Source: Klebsormidium nitens | Lineage: Eukaryota > Plantae > Klebsormidiophyceae | DNA length: 64,000 bases | Assembly (NCBI GenBank): GCA_000708835.1 | Contig: DF236966.1 | Coordinates: forward strand, 1-64,000 | Reading direction: 5' to 3' | Shown: positions 22,780-35,776 of the stretch, in pieces | Layout: every line of letters starts with the position of its first letter | How positions within the stretch are numbered: the first letter of the stretch is position 1 | Made by a program: the position numbers and the translations under genes | The notes under the pieces: generated by a model | Told to the model about the DNA's origin: nothing | The model's input: only the letters and a program-made list of their open reading frames with translations | Databases searched by the model: none

Positions 22780-24201
22780 TTAACAATTCGGCGACATCTC
22801 CCTCGTTTCTCCAAACTCCTCCCTAAGGAATCTGTGCAACGCTTTGCTCCCACTCATCCGCTTTCCCAACTGCGACTCCAACCGCCTCTTCTCATCTTCT
22901 AACATCTTCCGTCCCTCACTCCAAACCTCTCGATAGCCCCGCCTGAAGCGTTTCGCCTCCGCGAAATACAGCGGCCCTTCCGAACGCTTTGGAAGATCAT
23001 TCGTAGCCCGCCAAATGGTTACACCAGAGCCGCGCTTAGTCGTCTCTAGATCCGTTTCTTCCAACGCCGTCGTTGACCGAACGATCGACTCGTCTCTTCC
23101 GTTTTCTCGCAAAGGTCGTCTGGCCTCTTTTCCCGTCTCCCTCCAGTTTTCTGCCTCTTGCAAACTGCCACCTCTTTCGGCGGCCCTTAGAGAAGAGGCG
23201 CTTGGCTCTTCCCCCAAACTCGCTTTGCCATCCGCTGGTGCACATACAGCCGCATCCGACTCGTCCGCATTCCCAGCATAATGATTGCTGACGTCACGCA
23301 CTGACAAAGACACGCTTTTCATACCGAGCATACTCGAGGATGATTCCGTTTCCCGCTCTGGCCTCGCCTCGGCCCCAAAATCCTCAGCCTCCCAGTCTTT
23401 CGGCCCCCTCGCCGTCTCAACTATCAGGCTCGTTCCGTCCGCCTCTCCAGCCTGTGACGGAGCCCTGACGTCACTCCCCAACTCCCGCGACGGACTCTTG
23501 TCTGCACCTCCCGAGGCCTCGGCTTCTCGTCGTTCCCCTCGAGCAGTCTCGCCAGTAAGATCTCTCTCTTCCGCTGCTGCTCTACGCTCGGGCAAGGCCC
23601 CCGAGCACTGCTCCCCCGTTGCTGCAATCTCCCCCAACGCATCCGGCCCATCGTCAACCGCGTGCGACGCCCCTTTCTTCCCCCTCGTTTCTGCGGCGCC
23701 CCGAGACTCCCCCCTGGTTACAGAGGCTGCTTCTACTTCAATCGCCCTAAACGGATTGTCAGTTTCGGCAGTGACCCTTTCGGACTCCGCTTCCCCACCA
23801 GCCAGAACAACTTCGGATGCACTCCGTACGTCCGCATAATTAGTCCGGGCCTCACTCTCCGGCTCCCTCTCCAGCTGACTTGCACCAATAACCTCTTCCG
23901 TTCCCCGGACTCTTTCGACCTGGGCTTCCTCCAAAACTAGAGAGCTTTCCCGAAGTGCCACCCTTTGCTCGCTTTCTAAAACAGGCGCCAGCAGGGCCTT
24001 TCGGGGCTTCCTAAGGCCCTGTTTGGGTGCGGCGCGGACAGCATGGCTGGGCCGAAGAGGGGACACAAGACGCTGGCCCCGTCGAGCAAGGCCCTTCCTT
24101 GCGGATGTGGCGGCCTTTCTTGCGTACTTGGCGCCTTGGACAGTGTACGAGCACGATGCCTCCTCGAGTAGAGTCACCTGTGCGGGTGCGGAGAGTAGCA
24201 T
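22780..24201 (-). CDS. Uninterrupted 473-aa ORF, Glu/Ala/Arg-rich, function unknown
   Basis: 1422-nt ORF from a true ATG. N-terminus resembles an organellar transit peptide, the middle is low complexity, and the C-terminal about 60 aa look ordered (PLYFAEAKRFRRGYREVWSEGRKML). No family recognised. Confidence 0.6.
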   Translation of the reverse strand: MLLSAPAQVTLLEEASCSYTVQGAKYARKAATSARKGLARRGQRLVSPLRPSHAVRAAPKQGLRKPRKALLAPVLESEQRVALRESSLVLEEAQVERVRGTEEVIGASQLEREPESEARTNYADVRSASEVVLAGGEAESERVTAETDNPFRAIEVEAASVTRGESRGAAETRGKKGASHAVDDGPDALGEIAATGEQCSGALPERRAAAEERDLTGETARGERREAEASGGADKSPSRELGSDVRAPSQAGEADGTSLIVETARGPKDWEAEDFGAEARPERETESSSSMLGMKSVSLSVRDVSNHYAGNADESDAAVCAPADGKASLGEEPSASSLRAAERGGSLQEAENWRETGKEARRPLRENGRDESIVRSTTALEETDLETTKRGSGVTIWRATNDLPKRSEGPLYFAEAKRFRRGYREVWSEGRKMLEDEKRRLESQLGKRMSGSKALHRFLREEFGETREMSPNC

Positions 24202-27200
24202 TGGATGCAGTGCCTCGATGTGGTCAGAAGGGGGGACGAGAAGGAGGAATATCAGTTTACGAAAAAGAAACGTCCAATAGATGGAAGATCATTCTGCAGA
24301 AGGAACCACGGAAGGACGATTGCCAGGCGGAACGGCGTCCCAACTGGGTTGACCAAAACTTGGTATAAGCAAAGGAAAACTCCGAAAGACGGCTTTCGTT
24401 AAGCTATGGAAGACCAACAAGTTTCCCTCAAAAAGATGGTTCAGGAAAAGTTGCCGAAGAACAATAAGTTTCCCTCGACGGGGCATGATTGCAAAGAGAA
24501 ACCCGTTAAAGTTTGGCCCAGCTCCTACATAGATATTTTCACATTCACCAAATAGAGACTCTGTTGCTATCGAGTACACAATGAGCCGCAAACCATGGAC
24601 GCAACTCCTGCAAAACAATCATGGTGTGGTACATGACTTGTATATACGCCCTTTGTAATTGAACACGGTAGAAGAACACGGTAGAAGGGACTTGGATTGT
24701 CAGATTTATGCTAGGAGCCGCCTCGACTTTCAAAGCTCTGTGTCCTCGAGAGACCCTGTTTCGTTGTAACGGACGTCCGAGACAGCCCCTTCGTATCTTG
24801 TGTTCTTTACAAAAACATGGCCCGAACACTGCCAACTGAACCCACTGAACGTCGTCATTTGCGAAGCGAAGCCTCAGAACCGCAGAAAGTCTTTGAACAA
24901 ACCAAAGACCATTAATCTACAGATCAAAACAGAAGATATCCCCACACATCAGAACAACGGCCAGACGCCTGATTGCAATCTTCAAGCACCAAGTACATTA
25001 GAACTACTAGCCAAGCGTGGCACCAAATTGCGGCCAACCTCCGAGGATCGAAACCTAAATCAGTTGTCGAAGTAGAAGATTAGTGAAGAGTGAGCGGACA
25101 CACCATGGCCACCGAGAGCTGGAACGATGCCGCCAAAATTGGGAGTAGTGCGAATCTGCCCCGCCCTTCGCAGGTAGCGAGCTCAGCAGGGTCGAAGAAC
25201 GTATCGTACCTGCCAGAGTCACAAGGTCTGATAAGTACACCAGCTAAAACCTTAAGCTCTGCTGTGGAACCCACCTAAACGATTGAGCAACGTTCAGGCA
25301 TACTTGTGGGGCACTTGCCGAAGCCCTGCTGGAGGGTTGGGGCTGATTGACTGAATAGTAGGATGGGTGAATTTCAAAGCGTGACTAGCGAAAGTTCTGG
25401 GCGAGTGCAATCGGATTGTAGCCGGTTTCTGCCAATAGGACCACCGTTCAGCTCAACAAACGCTCAGACTTGTCCTAGATCTGTATGCAACACAGGCTTG
25501 ACGCCTTGGGAAGTGCACGACATAAATCTTCAAACCTAGCAGAGCAAAGACCAAAGCACTTATCATGAGATCATGATCATGCAGCCTCCGATCTAATTTC
25601 CTGTCAAAGGCGTATGCTGCGACGTATGGACTTCAAGATGCAAATGGAATTAGTTGGGCTATATGCTCAGAAAAAAGTAATTCTTCCAAGCTAACTCCGA
25701 GCCTTCGGAGGTTTTCTAAGAACGTGTGTGTAAATGCTGATAAGTTACTTGTCGAACCAGATAAGAATTATACCTGCCGTTTGCCAGTGTGGCAATTGCT
25801 GCAATAAAGCGTCTCTTTAGAGGTTGGAGATGAGATTTGAAATGGACAACAGAACCGGTTCAAGCAAAACTTCTCCCTCTCCCCCACCCACTTCTAACCA
25901 AATACCCGTCATTCTTCTTCTACTGTCCACCAACATGGGTTATTAAATCAGGTCCTTGCCGAAGGTCCAAATGGGTATCATGGGCAACTTACGTCCACCC
26001 GTAGCGTGCATCAAACTGCAGCTCCTTGTGACATGGCCGCTGAGGAGGCGTCGAAACCGGAGGCCGTTCAAAGGCCTCCGGAAGGGTTGTCGTAAGCTCC
26101 ATCGAAGCTTCACTGCAAATTAAGGCATGCATTGGGACATTAATCTCAGTGCAGCACAAACGTCTGGTTTCAGCAAGATCCAACCTTTTTGACTTGTGGC
26201 TGGGCCTGGGATATGCCAAAGGAGCATACATTCACGAGAAGGTTTGCTGGGTAAGGAGACCAGAACGTAATGCTGCAGTAACCAAGCAAGAATGAGTGGC
26301 ATCTTTGCAAGATGACAAGGCCAGAAGTTTGGTCCTTCATTGCAGACTTCCTGACCAGCATGGCCTTTGGAGCTGCAGCGCTTTTCACGGTTCCTGAGAT
26401 GGTAATGGTAATGCTGAATCCAATTCCAATACTTTACCTTATTTGCCCTCAGCAGAACGAAGAGAATCGACTTCCAGTAATTGCCAAATGCAGCAGAGTT
26501 GCAAATCTTATCTGGGCCCACTTGGTCCTTCCAAAAAACCTCCTGGACTCCAGATAAAGCCTCACCTCTTGAGGTTCAATCTACCCGGTCACCCCACAAG
26601 TATTGCTGCAAAAGCAGCTGACGAGCAGACGAGATAAAGGTTTGCCCAGCCAGAGGAAACCGACTGCGGCCTCAACAACAAACGTTTCAGACAGTCGCCA
26701 TTGTGGACCAGGAATGATTGCACTTTGAACAGCCTTCTGACTGATCAATTGTGCGCGATCCGGCGCGCAATACTGGTCTGATGCGTGACCACTAGCTGAC
26801 CAGAGAGAGATGGACTTCGGAACACCAGGAAACACCATGAACCCTATCCGAATCATGAGTTCACTTGCATCGGAACCACACATCTCACGCCAGCTGGCGG
26901 ACGCTGCAACAGCTCAGCCGCACGTTGCTCGGTGGAGTCGACCCGGTGCTCTGTGGGACTTCGTGCTGCCAACCGGCCTGTCTGTGTCAGCTATCTGGTC
27001 GGAACTTTCTTCCGGCCTCTTTTACTGCAAACCAGTCACTTAACCGACACTTTTTCTCCCATTTCCGACTATGAAGTAGTCAGGTAGAAGTACGTATCCC
27101 TTTACCGGGGAAGAAGGTTACGTTGACCCAAAAATTATGCCCGGTGAATATGTTTTATAACTGGACATTAAACCCGGGGGATGCTTTCAACTCGATGTTG

Positions 27201-27409
27201 TGCAACCGGGCAGTGCATAGATCTGGTTTGTCTTTGCTGCTGCAGAAGCTCTCGCAGAGGAGATCCGAGATCGCAGCCACCAGCTGAAGAGTGGTCGTCA
27301 CTTTCTCTGCAAAAGTTTCTCTTTCGGCACACCTACGACACGCGCCTTCAAGCATTCTCTCCGCACCTCCTTCACGCTCCTCGCCTCTCTTCAGCCTCCT
27401 CAGATAGCA

Positions 27410-29243
27410 ATGGCGTCCGCTGCCGTCGCTCTCAAGTCTGCCTGCGCCCCTGCGGCCTTCTCCTGCAGGGCGTCTGTTGAGACCTCTGTCAGCAAGGTCA
27501 CCCTTAAGGCGCCCGTGTCTCTGAGGAGGACAAGTGTGTCCAAGACCTTCGGAGTTGCTCAGGCTCTTAGCAAGACCACCATGTTCAAGGTTACTTTGAA
27601 GACCCCTGAGGGTGAGCCATTGCCTCTCATTTGTCGGTTGTGCTTGCATTCTGTGCGCCGCTTGTTGCTACTGAAGCCGTGCAAGAGTGTCCAGATACAC
27701 TTCCAATCTCTGTTTAATGAATGTGAAAGATAAGAGTGTTGTTGCAAGCGACTGAGGCTTTGTAAGCCCTTAACCAGTAAGACAATGGGTTACCTTGAAG
27801 CGAAGGGCTTTTCCAGAAGTTGCATGCACTTTGGAAAGTGCTATAGTAGGTTGGATATTTGCACAGTTGCCACTGGGTAGAATAAGTTTGTAACAAGAAT
27901 GTCGCTCTAATTATCCTGCAAGACGATCGAACTGTCACAAGCTCTGAACAAGTCCAGAAGCATCAGTAAAGCAAGCAGGAGGCATGGACTTGGACCTCTT
28001 TAATGAATGCCAGAACCCAAAAACCTGCACATCTGGTTTACCTACTTGCATTTGGCACATGGCGTGCTTTTCATTGTTCAGAAGGATCGGTTTTGGGGGG
28101 TCCACTGTGAGAAACAGGTTAGAAGTCTGCTAGAAGTTTTGTAGTTTATTCTGGCAATGGTTGGCAGTACTTGAGCTTGGCAACCAAGAAAATTCAGCAG
28201 AGCAGCATATCGCATTGGTGAAGCTGGTGCATCGCGGAGCTTTTTACCTTGCTGATCCATTGAAGAAAGCAGTTATTTACCCAATGCCTCCGAAAAGACT
28301 CATCGTATGGTCTAAAACGATCAGATTCTGAAATCATTCATATATCGAGGTTAGGTTTATGGCATATGGCAGGGAGTTGCTCCATTTGAGCATTTTTAAG
28401 GAGTAATAGATGCTCATTCGTAAGATGCTGAAAGTAGAAGAGGTTGGAAGACTACACTTTCCTGCAGTTGCCTAGATCTGACTATGGGCAATAGATCCCC
28501 AATGTTGCAGAATGCAACCCTTCCAACACATCCTACCAGCCAGTGACGGCGAGGTGAACATGAAGTCGCCTGCAGTATCTCAGCTTTCCGTCAACTGTCG
28601 TTCCTTTGAGTTTAGACTGAGACGCAACACATCACCTGTCAAGTAGTCAAGCACATCGTACTCACTCAAATGGCATCCTGTGCTTTGCTACAGGTGAACA
28701 AACCCTCGACATTGCTGATGATGTGATCATCCTCGACGCCGCTGAGGAGGCCGGAATCGACCTGCCCTACTCATGCAGGGCTGGCGCTTGCTCATCTTGC
28801 GCTGGCAAGGTTGAGAGCGGCACCGTTGACTTGGGGGACCAGTCTTTCTTGGATGACGACCAGGTTTCCGCTGGATACATCCTCACATGCACTGCCTACC
28901 CCACGTGAGTCTCCGCGATCTAAACCGTCTCCTATCTTGCTAGGGTTAGCTTTAAGGGATGGTTACCATTGGTTTGGAGGTAGCACTTGCTCGCTGGTGC
29001 TAGTTGTGAAATGCCAATCCATGCAGATTGAGCATTTGTTAAAGGGAAGTCTTGGTTGCGTTGTGGCGAGTGCTACGTTTTATTTCTAGAATGAATTCCA
29101 CAGGATAACCTCGTTGCCTGCTGAGCAGCATTCTAGGTGCACCTGGGTCCTTCTGTCAATGAGAGCAAGGCTAATGGACTCTGACGTGCCTTTGCAGGTC
29201 TGACTGCACCATCTTGACCCACCAAGAGGAGGAGTTGTTCTAA
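27410..29243 (+). CDS. PETF: Plant-type [2Fe-2S] ferredoxin with plastid transit peptide; 3 exons: 27410-27611, 28694-28904, 29198-29243; 152 aa
   Basis: [41 protein letters not shown] and [22 protein letters not shown]-x4-C-x2-C...C cluster ligands are present and phases are consistent. Confidence 0.95.
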
Positions 29244-30216
29244 GTTGATTCTTGTACACACACTGCTTTGCGACCTGATTTTTTGGAGAGCTCATAGTTT
29301 CTGGGGGCATTGTGAGAGCAGGGATCGGACAATCAAGCAATGTTGTACTTATATGGATGATCTTGTAGAACACTCCACGTGTCCCCTTCAAACTAGGCCC
29401 TTGCCCGCTTGCCGGTCCTGATCGAGCCTTATGAGCTTAGCTTGGCCTGCAGTTTCTAGCGAATGCGTTGCCTCTCAAATCTCTCAAACTTGGTGCTGTC
29501 CCATGCGTCGCTGTGCTTTACTTCCAACCAAAATACAATCGATCACTGCTCGTACAAGCAGCTATGCTGTTGATTGATGAGGGTTATAGTACATTCATCA
29601 TAGAACACAATGCACAGCGTTTGTACGGTGATGGTCTCTTTTCGCACCCCGTAGCCAGGGCGGCCATAGGCTTCTCATCGCATACAATGGTTGTGACTGT
29701 TCTGTGTGGTGCCTGTGCTTCTACAGTATCCAAAACCAGCCATCAAGGCCTCAACTCGCTATGCAATCAATATGAAGCCTTCATTGTAAGACGAATGCAT
29801 CCCACTGCATCTTCCCATCAATGTCCCACAAGCACAGCACAAAGTTGGAGGGCGCTCTCGCATGTGATCTAGGTATATCCCGCACGGAATGTCAGTAGCT
29901 TAGCTAGCATGGCTGAGTATGCATAGTTATAACAGAGCCTGTAGACGCGCGCTGATTGTGAAATTGCATGCAATGGAATTTTATACATGCATTCACGATC
30001 GTAAGTTAATCAGAGTTATAGTATCACATCAGTCATATCCTGGAAGACAAGCCGGATTGTACGTCCATAAAATACAGGATATATTTTGTGAATTCAACTG
30101 ATCGTCAACAGGGAACTGATGCCACGCAGACTAGCCCGTATTTGTTACATGCATGAGATGAGTGTGACTTGGAATGGACGTCAACTTTCGAATCAATGTA
30201 CATGACAATGTTCCCG

Positions 30217-33200
30217 TCAGTGTCGCCAGCTGTCAAATAGAGTTCTTTGGACTATAAAGGAGCTTGCGTTCTTGTGCCCTCCGCCGCTATAAACCTGCAG
30301 ACTCACATCCTTTGTTGAACAGACATTGGCGATCAGAGGGGCCTCACAGAGCAATGAATCTTGACTACTGACCAAGCCCAGATCCCTTGCTGGCAGATAG
30401 CTCCATGGGCAAAACAAGAACTCAATTGTCCTTGATTAGAGAAAGCTATAGAAACGTTTTGCCGAGAGCATCAAAGAGGGAGCCCTATGACTCAAACCAC
30501 TTTGACGACCAGGAAGCAGGAAGGGCCAGTCTCGGGGTCGCTTGCTTGCCACAATCTAGAAGTTGAGGCTACGTAAGTCCCATGACGCACCCTTGCAAAA
30601 GGTCAGAATGTACTGAGCTCAACCTCCGCTTCAGATGACCGAAACTTTGAGGTGCTTACCTGCGATATGACCGTCGTGTCCTCGTCCCCTTTACTCCGGA
30701 GGCTGACCTTGACTAGTGTGGGGTCCTCGAGACCCGGTTCCTCATATGCAATTGCACCAATCGCCCTGCAAGAGTGTTAGACCGGCTCAGATCCAAGCAG
30801 AATATGCAGCGGATGTTGGTCGAGCGGACGACAATAATCGGGCGGATTTGGAACGATTGACCAGCCTCGCTGGTCATGCAACTCGGTCCTAGTCAGTCTG
30901 AAGGCAACGTCCGCTTCTTACCGTGATATACTCCGGAAAAAAGGCATGCGCGTGTCAAATGGAATCGCGAGGACGAGAAGCAAGAGAACAGAGGAAGGCC
31001 GTCGTAAAGGGAAGTCAGAGGGAGAATACAGGGAACAGATTACGCTGGGGAGGGACAGGGAAGAGATCGCGCTGGGGAGGATAATGCTAAAGTTGGGAAA
31101 GTGCGACAAAAGAAACGGCTGAGATGACAGAAGACCTGTTCACCTGTGCCCCGCAAATTCGCTCTTGGCGGCCAGCTGGTTCCCCAGCTCGCTGCGGAGT
31201 CGCGCCACGTTACTGTCGACCTTAACCGCCTGCAAGAAATCCAGATTTATGAGAGCGAAGCGGACCACTGATCTTCGAAGCTAACATTGATCGAGACATT
31301 CAAATGTGGGTAACGACAAAGGAACGGATTGACTCATCGAACAGCTTCAAGAGGTGTGGGCGGGAGGGCTGACGGGGAAAAGATTTGGGTTCCGCGCAAT
31401 GTGCTACCAACAATGTCCAAGTTCTTCTCCAACCAAAACAACGAAGGCACAGAGAGAGCCGCAAACATGTGGAAGACGGACTGTGACGAGCGAGCGACAT
31501 TACGCGTCAGCGTTGGGCGGTTCTAAGACCGCGCGGTGGACACCGACAGCATGACAGGCGCATAATTTCGTTTCTCCAAGCGCCCGAAATCCGGTCGACG
31601 GGCGGACGGTCGGAATAACGAACGAGCGGAACCATGGGCGGAACGAGCAGACGGAAGCAGACGGATGCCATGCAAAATCCGATGAGTCATCAAGTCGAGA
31701 TTTGTAGAAAGACTGATGCAGGAGGAAGAGGAAGGATCCTTGGCGCACAAACGAGGCTTTGCTAACGTCAGCTCGAAACGGTCAATCGCAAAATCGGGAC
31801 GGGATGCCTTTGTACGGATTCTTTGGACTATGATTTTGGGATTGATTGTACAACTTTAAACCATTTCTGTACGAAGCAGGCGCAAAGATACGCTCGGCTT
31901 GGTCCATTGCCGCTCGTCCGCAGAATGTTGGCCGAAGAGCGACCGACCTCGTACTTCCTAAAGACAAAAGGGTCTGAGCACTTTTGCTTTCCAACGCTGA
32001 CCGTTACAACCCCATTTTGTATCTTGCCACCCTCTCTGTCACTCAGGTGAGACAACCGAAAGCAGCTACAGAGAAGGGTACCGAAACGAGCATCTGAGAA
32101 CGGGGATCGAAGGCCTTCATATGTAATTGCGCTGGCTTCCGTTGGCCTGTCCTCTGCATTCGTGGCGTAGGCCCCCAAATTTGTGACGTAGGCCTCCAAG
32201 TTCGTGACTTAGGCGTCTGGATTTGGGCTCACCAGGCACGTGCCGTACTGGCCGCCTCCCAGCTCCACCACGAACGTTTCTTCGAGCGCCGCCGCAATGA
32301 TTGCGTCCTTTTCCGCCAAACTAGCCTCTCCCCGCCGTATGACGTCATCAAGTTTCAGCTCGAGCAGCTGCGCCGAGGTGACACTGACGTCACTCGTCAG
32401 CGGTTTTAGGGTTTTAGGGTGGTTCTGAATCACAAAGTACACGACCGAGGAAGGGGTCTCGTGAGATGAGCATTCGTCCCCCCTGTTCGGACACAACAAT
32501 GTCGACCTCCGACAGTCGACAGTTTTAAACCCCGGCATTGCTTGATGGATTTTGAGACAGATGAATTTGGCAAGGACCAGACCATTGACAGTCCTTTCAA
32601 ACCCTCTGAACGGATCGTAGTACTCAGGACAAAGGTGTAAGAAAGTTTGTCATCCAAGGCAGCATACTGATACAGGAAACAAAGCCTGATCAAACGAACG
32701 TCCCTATCTGGACAACTCTCTCCAGACTAGCCGAAGCGGAAGCACTCGCCAATTGAACACGAGCTGGGGAACTTCAAGTCAATAGAATCACACACCCTTG
32801 CAAAGGAAAAAGTGCACAATCACCTGCTCAAACACACCCGGGTTCTTCCCCGCATCGTACTCGACGTCCAGATCCTTGAGCCCGCTGCTGAACGCCTTAC
32901 TGTCCGGAAGCGTCCACTTCCACAGGTCCGCATCCTCTATGTACTCGAACAACCGACGCAGCGCGGTAGCTTTCCCCTCAGGCAGTCCAAAAGCGCCCCG
33001 TTGGTCTCTTGCTAACGCCTCTGCTGCACATCCGGTTGCTTTGGCATTGCTTTCGGGGTCGGTAGCATTCCCTTGATCTCCTTCTCGGCCATCCAACAGC
33101 TCAGCAGATGCACTACAAGTAGCGGCTTGCATTGAGTCTCGCTCAGTTTGCTTTCTTTGCCCCAAATTGTCGCCCGCAAACCTAAGTCGACTCGCTGATT

Positions 33201-35776
33201 GCTCTTCTACTAGCTTTGACTGTTGTCGATACTTTTCGGAGAAGAAGTCCCAGGCGACCGTGGCTCCGCTGCGGTTCATGTCGAGCAGGGTGCGGAGGTT
33301 CAGGGGTCCGCTGCCGGGGCGCGGGAGGGTCTCGAGCGCGGTCTTGTGGTGGTCCAGGACCGTCACCCTGGCAGGACAAGCAAGTTGATTTGAATGGATA
33401 CTATCTTCTTCAAAGTGTTGCATCCAACCGAGTTGTACAGAATTTCCTTTTACAGATTTTCGTCTTCACTACGGATTACAGGCCGGGCCAGAGTCTCGAG
33501 CGCGGTCTTTTGGTTGTCCAGGAGCGTCACACTGGCAGGAGAATTGAAACGTTCAGACTGTTCCGTAGTACCAAATGGTATAGGGACTTCGTATGAAGTG
33601 GCACCCATCCTGAAAGTTCGTTGAAATCAACCAAAGGAGGGTTTTGAGCGCGTTCTTGTAGTGGTCGGGAACCGTCACGCTGGCAGGGATGTGAAAGATA
33701 ATCTCAGCTGTCAGCTTTTCGTCCAGACTTCCGTTATACCAGTCGGTATGGTACTTTTTATAAAGATGACAACAACATGAAAGTTCGTAAAAGTTGACCA
33801 AAGGAGGGTCTCGAGCGCGGTCTTGTGGTGGTCGGGACTGTCACACTGGCAGGCAAATCTCGACTCTCAGCTTTCTCGTCCAGACTTCCATTCACCAGTC
33901 GGTATGGAAGTTCCTATGAAGATGACACTCACCATGAAAGGTCGTTAAAGTTGACAAAAGAAGGATCTCGAGAAAATATATGTAGTGGTCAAGAACCGTC
34001 GTACTGGCAAGAGAAGCGTAATGAAGTTAACTGCGACTTTTCAAAAGGGTGCTCCTTTTGCTCCGTTACAAAACAAAGCGATATGAAAGTCTTCTATGCT
34101 TGAATCAAAGCCCATTTGGAATCGAGTCGCAGCCTCTCAAAAAGTCTCCTTTTTTGCCGTTTAACAGATTCTAGGTGTCAGGCTCGACCTTCGGACAACT
34201 TCAGGCCCCTCGACCCATTCCTAAGTAGAAAACCAGCCTGACTGTGTCTCCACAATACTCAAGGAAAATGACTCCGTTTCATTTTGGAAGAGACGAATCT
34301 TCCTAACTTAACGTACACGAGCGATGACTCACCGGCCTGCTTTTCCTGCCAGCCGCTCCGCAAAGCCCTGGGGTCCCGCAAAATCTAGAAGGTAGACCCC
34401 GTCCCGAGAAGTGCACGGCAGATCGCCCACTCTGCAGGTAGGGAGCATGTAAGGGTCTTGTTCAAAATTCCCCACAGATGCACAGATCATGGCTGAGAAG
34501 AATGGATTTCAGGAAGCAATCTCAAAAGCACCGCACGTGGGGCGCGCACTTGATTAGATTGCCCCCATGTCCAGAAGGACTTGTTTCCTCCACAAAGAGT
34601 GGTTGCGACGGTCCAACCGTCTAGCTTGTCATCATACAGAAAGGCGTCAACTCCGTTCACTTCTGGGAGTTGGGGTTAAAAAGTGGTGCAACAACAGGCA
34701 GAACTGCAAAAGAGGCGCACAGTACCTTCTCGGACTGAACACGGTGTTTGGCACGAAGCGGACCTCCTTGTTGATGGCTCGGTGGTACAAGTAGGCAGCG
34801 AGCGCTGCAAAGACCCCATCTGGGCAAGGGTAGTGATAGAGCACCCATGTCGGGCCCGGCAAAGTTTCCTCATCTGTAAAGTACAAAGGGAAACTCAGCT
34901 TTTGGAGGCAAGTCTGGCGTCAAAACGACAAGCGACGTCTTTGACGCTTTTAAAAACGAGGACCCAGGCAATGAATTCCTGGGTCCCCGGAAAAAATCAC
35001 TGCTTCAATGCAATTGTCTTCCAGCTGTTTTGCTTTTCGAAATGAAATGGGCACAGGAAGCAGACACCAACAAACTTGACTGCCAAGGTAAGAAGGAAGG
35101 AAGAGAAAGGGGGAGAATGAAGTAGTTCTACATGTCAGAAAAGGTGGCGCAATTGCTAGCAGTGGTAAAATATGAAAATGCACAAAAGGAACTTTGTTGG
35201 AGAAGGCTGTATTCCTCAACTCAGAGAACGGAAAGCATTTTCAAAAAGGAAGCCAGGACTTGTAGGACTTCTTTTCTGGAAGTGCACAGACTTAACGAAC
35301 TCCTTATGAAGATCACTGCCGCTCGTAGATTGCTGTTGCTGTGATGTGCACACGCTTGCAGTACTCTAATCATCCAAAGTCTGTCGTGTTTGTCTTTAAA
35401 GTGAACACCAAAGCCACAGTTGCCAAATGCTGAGTTCATCTAACGACATGTACGGACCTTCCCCGCTTTGTGCAGCCATCTCAGACTGCGCGCTTGTGGC
35501 AATTCGACAACTCTTACTTCGTGCTCCTGGATTGCAGCTACGTAAAACCTTTGCAATCGGAAGCGGTGGTGTGCTGAATGCTGAGGAGTGCGCTGGCGCC
35601 CTTAGTGCAAGAGGACCAGTTGCAACTTTCAAAGTGCTGACAGCCCCAGGGCGGTCTAGATTGAAAAAGGTGATAGCAAGGCCGCTGGCGAGACTCTTGG
35701 AGTTTGCACCAGTGCTTGCAGGGCGGAGCAGGAACGATCCTGACAGAGAGAGCGGCCTCCGCACAATTGACAGCAT
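30217..35776 (-). CDS. DHH/DHHA1-superfamily phosphoesterase-like protein; 8 exons: 35458-35776, 34726-34873, 34333-34431, 32824-33367, 32233-32367, 31144-31229, 30660-30765, 30217-30294; 504 aa
   Basis: Motifs VLYHYPCPDGVFAALAA, YLLDFAG, VTVLDHHKTA, DMNRSGAT, YIEDADLWKW, KVSLRS and GGGHKNASSF. Phases are consistent. The first exon (transit-peptide-like) is the least certain. Confidence 0.85.
33400..34060 (-). repeat. Four degenerate tandem copies (148-166 bp period) of the intron 3/exon 4 boundary of the DHH gene
   Basis: Acceptor-like ctgccag/ttgccag at 33533, 33681, 33847 and 34005 (functional one at 33369), each followed by a decayed VTVLDHHKTALETL (VTLLDNQKTALETL, VTVPDHYKNALKTL, TTVLDHYIYFLEIL). 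Intronic parts of the unit are also shared. Confidence 0.9.

Noticed and set aside
23285-23839. Long antisense or alternative-frame ORFs (also 35427-35942, 44589-45212, 55521-56075, 58540-58947, 60435-61076)
   Set aside because: Shadow ORFs of GC-rich real exons on the opposite strand or frame.
32404-32419. Two tandem TTTTAGGG telomere-like units in DHH intron 4
   Set aside because: Only two copies next to a branch/acceptor region; insufficient to call an interstitial telomere or telomerase RNA template.
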